A stretch of 64,000 nt of DNA, from positions 160,001 to 224,000 of the forward strand of contig JBGAON010000005.1 of assembly GCA_044221725.1 (NCBI GenBank). The letters are read 5' to 3'. Below the pieces are notes generated by a model that was given only the letters and a program-made list of their open reading frames with translations, made no database searches and was not told the origin of the DNA. Below are positions 13,501-25,500 of this stretch, piece by piece. The stretch comes from Elusimicrobiota bacterium. Lineage in GTDB: Bacteria; Elusimicrobiota; Elusimicrobia; F11. How positions within the stretch are numbered: position 1 is the stretch's first letter; each line of letters begins with the position of its first letter. The translations under genes were made by a program, and so were the position numbers.

Positions 13501-16500
13501 CGCACCACCGTGAACGGGAAAGAACAAGAGGTCGATGTGTATGTTCGGTCGCCGGCGAATTATTCCGACGGCAATGGTCAGCCCATGGCGACGCGCCTCA
13601 AACACAAATACGTCATCGCTCGAGCGGATCGCTCCGCCAGCGGCTTGGGCCCAATTCTTTCGCGCACGCACGAAGAAGTGTTCTACGAAGACGAAGCGGC
13701 GCGCATTCCGGATTTCTTGCTTAAAGCCGTCAGCGAAATGAAGCGAAAAAACACGGGTCGTGCGTCGGAAGTGGGGCGCGTGGTGCGGCTTTTGCAGGCC
13801 GACGGTCGCAATATTATCGATGCGGACGGTGTCGCGCCGGTGGTGCGTCATTCGGTCAATCTTGGTTTCGACTATTCGATGTTCAATGACAAAAACGTTC
13901 ATGCGCGTTTGTCCGGCAGTGTTGCGAGCGTTCGTGTCGATCATGCGAAAGACACCAGCGGACGTTGGTACACGAGGAAGCCGATGATTGAGTTTTATCA
14001 AGGCGAGATGAACGTGGCCCGGTTGGACCGCGAAAAGGGAGTGGCTTCGTTCAAACGGTCCGAAGGTGAAATCAACGATCCACAAAAATTTCCAGACCGT
14101 GAAAGAGCCGGTTGGGACGATTTTGAATTTAAAGCAGCGGACAAAAATTCCGCCGGCGATATCGGTGATCTCAAGTATTACAGTATCGATGCACAGATTT
14201 TCGATCTGCTAGCAAACCCGAATTCTATTCCGGCCGCGAAGCGTGCGTTTCAGTCTTATCAGTTGAACCGGCTGACACAAAATTTCCAGTGGAACGAAAC
14301 GGTGATCATGGACGAATGGGGGCATGCGCTCGCGTACATTCGTCCGGATCCGCTGTACTTCGATATCAACCGTCGTGTGATCGCGATCAATGGATACGAC
14401 GGCAAACAAGAAAACGTCGAGACCGGGAACGTGCGCGAGACAATCGTGCGAGCCTACGATCAGATTTCGAAATCCATTGGTTTGGAAGACCTTGGAAAAG
14501 CGACCGCGCAATTACCGAATGGCATTATTAATTTCAACAATCCAAACGTGGCGGGCTTGAACGAAAAAGGCGTGTCGCTTTTTGAAATTGTGGACTACCG
14601 AAGCGCCAAGAGGTTTTTCGCGTTCTTTGACACGTTGCACGAAAATTCGTCGATCGCGCGCATTGAAGGCGATGGTGCGCGAAATTTGCGGCGCATTATT
14701 CTTCCGCGATACAAAATCGATGTGCCGGCAAACGAGCGGGATAAATTCAACATCCTCGGCGATCTCGAGGCCACGGGCGAGCGTACGTTCGAAATGGATA
14801 ACGGAACCGTTGGCAACCAAACGTATCGTTCGCGTGTGGTGCTCGACAGAAACTTAATTCCGCGGTTGATTGCACAAATGGAAAACGAGGGACTGAACCT
14901 CGTAGCGAAAGCGATTCAGGGACCGCAAGTCCTCGCGTACGAAGTGGAGTCGCTACAAAAACCAAATCCGCAGGACCCGAACGCCGAACAGAAGGTGATG
15001 TCGAAATTTACGGCCATCTTCAATAAATTCCAACAGCACGTGAAGATCGACCAGCGGCCGAACGAGCAGCGCCTCATGCGCACAAACATCAATTTTGCGT
15101 TTTTCGATCCGGAGCGTCCGTGGGTGGACTTGGGCGGGATCAGTTACGACTATCGGGGCGACAAAATCGGAGAGGCGGTCGGCTTGTCCGTGACGCTAAA
15201 ACCCGGTGATTCGCGTTACGATATTCCGGGCACAAAACGCGTCATGGTGCGCACACTGGGGCTCAAGTCCGGATTCATCGAACATCGTTCGAACGACGAC
15301 GGTGTGGTGGAAGCACAAGATACGGGGGAATTCGTTTTTCCGCGCGAAGGAACCAATAATTATGACGAGCTATACGCACGCGTGTTTGAAGAGCGCTCCC
15401 GCATCACGCTCGAATCGTTGAAAACAGGAAAATGGGAAGAAGCGCAACGCGCCGCCGAAAACGATTACCGGTATTACGCGCGCCTCGCTTTTGACTTCAA
15501 ACCGTACAGGAATTTCACGGCCTCGCATTTGCGTCAGCTTGGTGCCGCCTATCAAACGAAGGCGTTTCTTTATTCGAACAACGTGCTGTCACCGTTCGCG
15601 AGCAGCACTTCAACGATGATCAATATTATGACCGACGATGCGCTCGGTTTTCTTGTGGAATCGTTCCGGATGGGAACCGGTATCTATCGAGGCGAAGAAC
15701 TTATCACGACGCGCAAAGAAACCATTGTGAACGGCGACAAAGTTATGGTGTCGCATGGTCGGTGGAAAACCGGCGCCGTTAAACCCGAAGGGGTTTCGTT
15801 GGAGAAGTGGGTCGCTGACAACTTCGTGGAGCGGTTGCGGTTCTTCTCGTTCATTGATCCGACGTATCCGGGTTCGTTGGCGCACCACGGAATCGCGAAC
15901 ATAACCGCGGTGTTCCGCGCAAGCGAGAAAGGTCTTGTGATGTCCTCGCGCGCAAACTCCACGAGACTTCTTCCGAACGGCGACGTGTTCTTCGGAACGT
16001 TGCGCGGCGTTAGCGATGTTGCACTCCCGGCGGATCTCACGCCATTCCAATTGTTGGAATACGCGCGGAAAAATGTGCCGACGCTGCCGATAACACCAAT
16101 TGCAATCGAAGGTGAAAGAAAAGACGCTCTTGGGCGCTTGAAGGCGAAATTCAGCGGATACCAAGAAGCCAATGAAAAAGGTTACCCGAGCGATCTCACC
16201 GCTCCACAACGCGTGGTGTTCTTGGAATATCCGGTGGACATCAAAGATTTCGGTTCGGTGTTTGCGTGGCACGAACTTTTGTCCGACCGCGGAATCGAGT
16301 ACGAATTCAGCCGGGGTAAATTCAATCGCGAAGCTTATGGCGACAGTCGTCGCCTGGATACATTTAGCAATCTTCGCATTGTGAACACGCGCGTCGACGG
16401 CGTCGTCCATCGTGTGTTGAATTACACGGTGGACAGTCGACGGTCCGGCGGCGCGATCCTTGAAAAAGAAGTGAACCTCGATGGTTTGCCCGAGGACGAC

Positions 16501-19500
16501 ATTTACGCGGGCGAATTTGGCATCGATTCGCGCAACCTCATTTATTACGGTCTCGATCAATTGCCGGCGCGCAGCATCGGAAAAACGGGAGAACGCGAAA
16601 GCTTGCGTCATTTGTTCCAGTACGCGACGCTCGAAAAAAATGGGCACAAATACCTAATTACCCGAACGTTGGACCTCACGCGCAATCCCGCATTGGAGCG
16701 GATTTATCCGGACGACATGGAAGTTCGGCGCGACGGTATCGTGATCTACAAACGCGTGAATGGACAGATCTCACCGTACGAAGACAATCTCGTTCTCGAC
16801 CCGCGCAACGAATTCAATCGCAGCCTGGTTGCAAAATTGTTTGGCCAATGGTTGCGCCCGTCGTGGGCAAAGGAAGCGGAGCGTTTGATCGCGGAAGCCG
16901 ACGCGAACGGTTTGTTCGAGTTCACCGAAGGCTCGCGCCAATATATTCGGGAGTCCGGAAAGAATTTCGGTCAACTTAAAGGCGCCGCGCAGCTCGCTTA
17001 TTACGAAAAAGGCATTCACTTGAACGCCATTTTTGCATTGGCCATTTCCAGCATGCTCGCGTTTGGTGTGTTCATGTGGAAATATTTCTTGCCGTGGCGT
17101 GCGTTTCGGCGCGCGCCGTTCCGAGCGAACGGAATGTCCAAGGCCGAAGTGGGACAATTTTTGTCGCCGACCGACACGGCGGCGTACATTTCGTTCCGTA
17201 ACCGCGTCGGATTTATAAATGAGACCGACAAAGAAGCACTGCGCCGCGTGATGAAGCACAGTCGCGATAAAGCCACGTTCGAAAAATTCTGGAACCGGTT
17301 GTCGTTCCACGAAGGTGGGAACGTCACACCGACTTACAAAGCCGCGTTGCGCGTGACGACCGCCGCACTCGAGGCGACCAATTTCCGGACGGAAGGAACC
17401 GAATTGGGCCAAGCGAGCGACGTGTTAGGGCCGATCATGGCGCCGATTCACAGTTTTGTTGATAACAGATTCCTCTCCGCCCGGCAGATTGCAACGATCA
17501 TTAACGATGTTGCCGATCGTGCAACCAATGGCGGAGTTAATCGCGTCCAACTGCGCGAGCGCATTTTGCAACAACTGATCAAGAACGCGTATTTCAATGA
17601 TTTCGGAATGAAAGAAAGCGTGAAAGAAGTTTTCCGTGTTGAAATTCGAAAACTGTTTGAAGCCTCGGGTTTTCGGCTCGGTGAGTTCGACACGGAATAT
17701 TACGTGGAACATGCGATCGCCGAATTGGGTGCGGTTCCGATGGATTACGTGGCCGCTGCTTATGTGGCCGACGATTCTCCAAACAAAGAATTGGTTACCG
17801 CAAAGAACACGTCCAAGTTCATCAAAAATATTTTTATCGCGGAAAACCGGCGCTTGTGGCGTCCGGAAGATGAGAATGAATCGACGCGAAATCATGGTCA
17901 GTCGGTATTGGGCTGGGGGGCAACGACGCTCGAAGAATATGTGCTCTTAAACACGATTGTGCCGCGGTTCATTCCGGTCATGAACACAAACACGCCGGCG
18001 GCTCACTACTACGCGAATCAAATTTTGCAAAAGATTCGCAGCGGAGCTTCGCACGAGAATATTCAACAGTTCATGAAACGCCACGAGCGGTTCTGGTACC
18101 AGGTTCATAAAGACCAAATGACCGTTCGCCTTGAAACGAATCGCGACATGCGTATTCCCGGGTTGTCCTATGAAAACGACACCGAAAAGACCTGGACATT
18201 CTTGGCAACGTGGGACGAATTCAATGAATTCTTCCGTTACCTGCAGTGGGGTTCGGACATGACGCTTGATGGTCGGTTGCCTGAGAATCTGCGGAACGAT
18301 GCGGCGTTCATCCGTCGTTTCCGCGAGAACCAGACGCGCGCAGGGGAATTGCTTCGAAAGGTGAGTGACGGTGAATTTGATTTCGGACGTCCCCAGGCGA
18401 ATTTGCGTTCGGACGTAATTCAGCGCGCGGTCAACGACGGCATGCGCCCGCTCGTGCGCGATACACAAAACGCACTGAACATTCCGCGTTACGATTCAGA
18501 GGGCAACGAGAATGACACGATCGCCTATGTTTATAAACTAATCACGGATCCGCGCGTGTGGCGCGCACCGACGATGGCGCGACTTGTGAAAACCGTTTTC
18601 ACGGCCGGCTTGGCCGCGTTCATGATTCAGGTCGGTGTCGAGCTTCCGTATGTCGGCGGCGTGGTGGCGCTCGCGTTCGCGTTAAGCCAGGTTCATTACA
18701 CGCGGTTCGTTACATCATCGAATGTTGGCGTGATTCGCCAGGTTTTATCGTGGGGGGCACTGGCGGTTGTAGCGTTCCTCCTATTATTAGGCCCCGGTTT
18801 GGCCTTTGTCGGTTACGATTTCGCAACCACGTTCCCCATCATGGGAATTGATACTTCGGTTAAAGATGTGATGTTGACGGTTGGTACCGCGGCCATCGTT
18901 CCGTTCCTCATGGGTATCTATATGAACAAGACCGTGTACCCGGGTCGCCAAGGCAAAGACACTCTTCGCAACATGCGCGCTGCGTTCTTCTGGTCAATGG
19001 TCACCGTAATTTCTCTAGCGTTTGCGTTCTTTGTGTGCGCGTTTTTGGTTGTCACCATTGTGTTTATGCCGGTTCCGTTTGAAGTGAGCGGCCTCGGTGT
19101 GCTCGCGCCGTGGACGCGCGTCGGATTTTTGATGCTTGGCATGGGCCCTCTGCGCGATATGTTTTTCCTTACGTATTTCGGTGTCGCGAATTTGCTGAAA
19201 GGTATCGTGCGCATTTATGTGCTTCGCGAATACGAATTTGCGAAAGCGCGCACGTACGACACGAACGCGCATGGGTGGCAAAAAATCTATCGCGTGCTTC
19301 CTCCCGCGCGCGCGGTGTTCCTAGCTTCGGCTGTGGCGCTTGCCGTTACAACGGTTGTGCTGGCGGTCGGCGGAACGTTGGCGCCGCTTTACGTGGCGTT
19401 GGGGCTCGTCGTAGCCGCGGTGGTTTTCATGTCGTCCATCGGAATGCAGGACCACAGCAAAGGCGCCGTGCAACTGGTGCCCCAAATGGTCGCCAACGAC

Positions 19501-22500
19501 CCGGAAATTCTCACGGTGATTCGCGAGGTGTTCTTGCCAGATTGGCTCGGCGAAGCGTATTTGACCCGACAGGAACACGACCGAATCTTAAACGCCATCA
19601 ATGCGCTTCAACCGGAAGTTGAGCGTTTGCAAAATTCTCGAATCTTTGATGACTCCAACGAAGGGAACGGTTTGCTGCGCTTAATCAATAAAGACGTTCA
19701 TGCAAGCGCCGCAATGAAAAATCTCGTGGACGCGCTGAGCGAAAAAAATATTTCTCTGCCGGAGATGCGAGGTTTTATTCAAGACGTCGTGAACAAAGCG
19801 TTCCGCAAAGACATTCCGGCGGCCCCGAAGAATTTCGACGAACTTCGCTCGGTGACGTATCAGATCAGCGGATACAACGAGCCTCCCTATGTTTTATGGG
19901 AAGAGTTCAATAAGAAGACGAACGAACAAACGCAGTTCGGTATGTTGGCGGCGTCTTATCCGGAACAATTCGCGCTTCTGGTCAACAGACTTCAGTCGGA
20001 GGGTCTGTTGTCGCTTCAACAGCGACTGGATTTGGAATTCGCGAAAACGAAACCAAGCCATATTGTTAACACGTTGAAGCGGGGTGTGGACGACCAGGCG
20101 ATCAAGCAAATAGAACACTGGTTCAACATGCGTTCTCAAACAATCTACGCAAACTTTCAAGGTGCCGTGAAAGCGCGAGCGGTGTATTCCTATTACATTC
20201 GTAAGTTCTATCGCGAGAAAACTGGCTCCGATCCAGCCCCTGACGTTCTCAAGAAGCTGGTGGAACAGAAAGTGCAAGTCGTCATTAACCACACGATGGC
20301 CGCCGATGAATTTATTCGGTTCTTACGTGAAGCATTTAAAGGCAAGTCCTTTAACAACCATTCGTTGAACAATCTGTCACTGAACGAGTACATGGACCTC
20401 ATGAAACAAGGATTGGATTTCCCTGCGGAGACCAATAACAATAAATTGAAATCAGGGTTTCCATTCCCGGCGTGGAACCATTCGACGGCGAAGAGTTACA
20501 TGGATTTCCTTGTTAAAGAAAACGTCGATCTGCAATACGGTGCCCGCGCGCAAAAATCCGACGCACACCAAGAGAAATACGAAGGATGGATGCACACGGA
20601 CATGAACGTGCGTGGTGAAGTTGTCATTGCCTGCGACTTTGATATGCGCCACGACATTCAAGAAACATGGATGGTTCCGAACGTGGGCCGCGAATACGAC
20701 ATCGACCCAACGTTCGGTGTTGGTGTCTACTCCGGATACATCTTCACGGAACCGATTTCGCCGCAGGCGCTCGTGATGGCGAAGATGGAAATGGGCTGGT
20801 TACAGGGCGAGCAGCCGACGAAGCGCGAAATCGGCACTTTAGAAGCGTACGGAAAATTCACTTATCGTCGTCAGATGATCAGCAACCTGGAAGCGTTGCC
20901 CGCTCACCTCGTTGCCGAAGATGCGAAAACAGCCGAGCGCGTTTTGACTTTTGGAGGATCAACTGGGCACCTTAGTTACTACAAGCTCGGAAAAGGGCTC
21001 AGCAATCAATGGGGCGGTTCCTTAAATCCATTGCGCAAATGGTCCGGCGACGCGCCGGAGTCGATTTACTCTCCTTTGTTTGTGAAGTTTATGTTCAGCC
21101 CTTATCAGCACTGGACGGTGAAATTGGATGCGTTGATGAGCTATGCGTTTTATCTGAAGAAGCCATCGGTGTTTCGAACGACGATCAATGTTCTCGTGCT
21201 TTTCTATTTATTGAACTTCAATCCGTGGACCGGATTGCCTCTGACGATGTTCCTTTCAAGTTTGATCATTTCGCAAGCTATCGGTTACGGTGCGATGATG
21301 CTGTACGTGGAAAAACACGGCTGGATCAAAGGTGTCGCAATGTTCGCTCGCGACATGGTATGGCCAATTTTCCCGTTCGCAACCACGATCATTCCTCAAT
21401 ATTCCGACTCGGTAACGAAGGGATTTATGAAGAAGGCAAAATTCCTGCGCACCGGCGGTAAAGGTGGCGCGCTCGGCCGCTACGATTTCGAAGATCTTTT
21501 TATATTTATGCAATACGGCGTTTTCCCGGGCGTTATCATGACGTTCCTGGTCGGATTTGCATCGTTTGATGTTTTGAAATTTTCGATCTGGTTCCCACAG
21601 ATACTTATGGTGTCGTATGGGTTTTGGACCGCCGCGTTTCTGTTTAACTCAACGTTTGATCGGCAAACAGTTTGGACTCGTCTCGCTCGGTTTGTTTACG
21701 TTGGGGCATTGATTGCCGCGGTTGTCGTACCGCTGGTGTTGGATTTCCCAATTATTGCGATGCTCGCGCCGACGCTTGTGCTCATTTATTGGGTGGATGC
21801 GAAGGTATTTAAACAACGGACGCGCTGGCAAAACATCGGAGATATTTTCTGGCGTGCGCCCAAAGCAGTTTTAAAAGACGCACTTAACAATTCTACACGG
21901 TTGCTCGAAATAGTGACGCAACCGATCGCAACGGTCGTCGCTTTGCAACGAGCGATTCCTTTGCCATTCCGGATTACAACGTTGGGTTTAACTGCGGCGC
22001 TAATCGTCATTGTGAATCAGGCGACGTTCTACGTTTTTGCCGGTGTTCTGATTGCGCTTATCGTTGGTGGCGCTGTTTCGCCTCGCTTTGAAAGATGGCT
22101 GCACCGCCCAAGTTATTCGTGGTCGCGCCTTGCTGGAACGGACGAGGAAATCTATCGAAAATCTTTAATCGCCATAAAAATGGCGCAGTTGTTAAAAGTA
22201 AGCCCGCCGGATCTGGGTGTATTAAATAGCTTTGTCGGTCCTTACTTTGCACAGGGCGATGATGGCAACCGAAGAAACGATACTCCAGGGTTTTATAACT
22301 CTTTAGCATCGATGATGACGGGTCCGGCGCGACAAAATCCATCCAGGGTTCTGTTAGATAAAATCAGCCGGCACACCTCAAATGTCGAAAACCACGTTGC
22401 TGCTGTCGTTCCTCGTTACGATTTATATCGTTCCGCGTTTGATGACTTGAACGACTACCGCGGGCGAAATCCATCCGATAAAAATGGAATTGATCAACGA

Positions 22501-25500
22501 CAGAAACGCCTAAATGAAGTTATCAACGCGTATACGAATTATCAAACCGCCCAAAAGGAATTGGCGGATCTAAGGAAGAGCAACACACCAGACCAGGCCA
22601 AAGCAAACGAGCTACAAGAAAAGATCACAAGAAATGAAGGCATGCTTGGAAATAGCGGTGATTATAAACGCTTCGTAAGTTTAGCGGAATCAATTCTAAA
22701 TTTCGGTCCAACCGTTATTCCGACGAACGAACCGGTGTGGAACGATCGTTTGGAAGATTTGATTGAGGGCGGGAATGTGACCGTCGAGTCCGCGTGGGCG
22801 CGAATTTCGGCGAGCGAACGTCGGTCGCTGTTGGATATGCACGATAACGATTTGGGCCGCGCCCAAACTTATCTGTGGGACCGCTTGAGAAATTATATCG
22901 ATGCGCGCATTCGCATTGAGATTGAATACGTGTTGCTCGCCGACCATGCTTCGTTGCTGTCGGATGTGCGCGCTGAATTCATTCGTGTTCGTGCGCTCGG
23001 CGCGGAAAATCCCGATTTCAATCGTGAGCGACAGGCGTTATTGGACCGTATCGTGGAATCGGACGCGATGCGTCCATCAACGGAAATTTTGTTGAGTCTT
23101 TCGAACCCGGCCGACATTCAGCAAAGGATTTATCAAGCTCTGAATGATCTTGTGCCAGTCCCGGCAGCGCGTCAAGAACAACAAACTGTGGAACTGACGC
23201 CACTTCCGCCGCCACCGGCACCACCAACAGCGGAGCAAGTTGCCGCCCAGAATGCCGCTCAAGCAGCGCAGGCAGCGAAAGCCGCACGAAACAGAACGGC
23301 TGCGCGCGTTTTTGGTGTGCTGATCGAAAACCGGGAACGATTGCTGGGCCGGTACGGAAGCCGCCTGCGCCAGCTGAGCCGCGTGAACCCGTTGTCCGTG
23401 GATAGCAACGAAGTGAAATCGGTTCTGAACGCGATCGTGAAAGATTCTCGTTTCGCCCCAGCATGGCCGATTTATCTTGAGCTTTCGGGAAACAACGAAC
23501 AAGAAGCGCAGAAATTGTTGCTGAACGATGTCGTCACGCTCATCGATTTGCAAACGACCGCAGAAGCAGAATACGCAAGTGATCCTTTGGCGCTGAAAGA
23601 TTTGGCGCTCAGCGTTCAAGAGGAAGCGCTCATAATTAAGCGAAACGGTGGACTTTCGCAGGGAGACAAGCGCGCATTTGAACAGAGGGTTTTCCGGTTC
23701 CTTGGCGCGTCGGCGACAGAGATATTAAAGGACAAGAAAACAACGGTTGATGCTGCCACGCGGGTTTCTGACTACGAGATTGTGCAGAAGGCGTACGACG
23801 AAGCCGTCAAATTAGCGGAAGCGGACATCACAAAAGAAATCAATCCGCTCAAAGGCGACGCGTTCCGCCACCATCTCGAGAACAGTCGGTTGAATGCGGC
23901 GCTTCAAGACACAACCATCAGCGAATGGAAACGTTGGAATCTCCGTTCAAAACGCGACCGCGAGATCGCGGCGTTCGCTAGGGATTTCGTGAAACTGGTC
24001 AACGCGCAGAAACGGGTTTCGCCAGCGGCAACGGTGGCGCTCAAGGCGCGTTGGGAAAGCGAAGGTCTTAACGGTCGCGCACCGCCCAGCTCAGATATCG
24101 TTAAAGAGGCCTATTGGAAAATCCCGTCTTCTCTAAGAAAAACCTATTCCGAAGTTACCGGATTCAATCCATCCTCATCCGAACCAAGGGTCTCCGCGGT
24201 TGGAGTAAACGCCGATGCGATCGGCGATGACGTGGCCCGCCAACTGCTACGGGACGCGTACGACAGCAACTACGTTATTGAAGGCTCCAAAAATTCCGCT
24301 GGCGACGCGGAACTGGACCTAAACGAACAAAACAAAGCTATTGCTCAGCGTCTGATCGGTAGCGACGGCATGTCCGCTCTTAAAGCGGCGGTGGAACTTG
24401 CGCTATCCATTGTTGATAACGGTGATGACGATGGTTACCGCACCCGCGATCAGATAAAAGAAATCACAAAAGACGGTCGCGTCGTCTTTGTCTTCATCGA
24501 ATCGAATCACCCGACGTGGAAAAACAATTTCTTCCTTTGTTTCAATAGCTCGGACGAAAACATTCTTGCGCTTGGCGGCCGCGGATTGAACAAAGATCAG
24601 CGCAAAGCTTACGTGCCGGCGGCGCTTGTTGTCGGTCTCATGGGAATGCGTACGGCCCACGAAAACGGTTCCAAAACAAAGCTGAGCCGGCAAGAAATCG
24701 ATTTGGTGTTGCGCCTTATTGTGCGCCACGAACTTCAGCACGCGGCCGAAAAAGAAAAGGGGAATGCCACGTGGTTGAATCACGATGCCGAAGTCACGGA
24801 AATTCTGAATTTGCTCGCGAAGGGCGGCTTCTTCCCTGGCGCGAGCGCGCAGCCAGGCAATACGCCAGACGTTGCGAAAATAGCTGTGGTCGGCGGTCTT
24901 GTTGATGAGGCAAATAAAGACGGACGGATCGTGTCACTATTAGCGCCGGTGACCGCCGATTCTCCTGTTCGTTACCGTTACGCGAAAGCGGAACAAAACC
25001 TTAACGGCGCGCCGGATATTAATTTGGCGATTGAGCGCGTGTTCGAAATGCAACGCGAAGCCGTCAACACCGATTTCGACAACGCCGGTAAAGGAAAATA
25101 CTTCAAGATACTCGCGACCAGCGGTTCAATCCTCACGCGTCGCATAAAAGTTGGCGCCAATCAGTTCGTGCGGTTTGTTGTGAACATTGCGCGGCAATCG
25201 AAACCGGGCGGATTGGGGCTTTCGCCAGTTTGTTTCCTCTGTTGGAACACGGTTCGCACAAGCTTCCCGCACGAGTTCGGCATGGTGCTCGGAAACCTGC
25301 GAATTTATTTCAATCCCACCGCGGTGTGGCCGCCGACGGTGTTTGGTCCCGCGTCGGAACAGCCGCAAGCGCTCGTCGTGACATTGAATGATCAGGAGCA
25401 TCCGAGCGTTTCTCAAGGAAACATTAGTAAGGTGAACACACTTCAAGAGTTGCTCACGCAGTGGGTGCGCGCGAACCAATCCCCCAGTTTGCAAGATGCC

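Noticed and set aside
23190..23300. Pro-rich and AQ-rich stretch (PLPPPPAPP, AAQNAAQAAQAAKAA)
   Set aside because: Ordinary low-complexity linker, not a DNA-level repeat.
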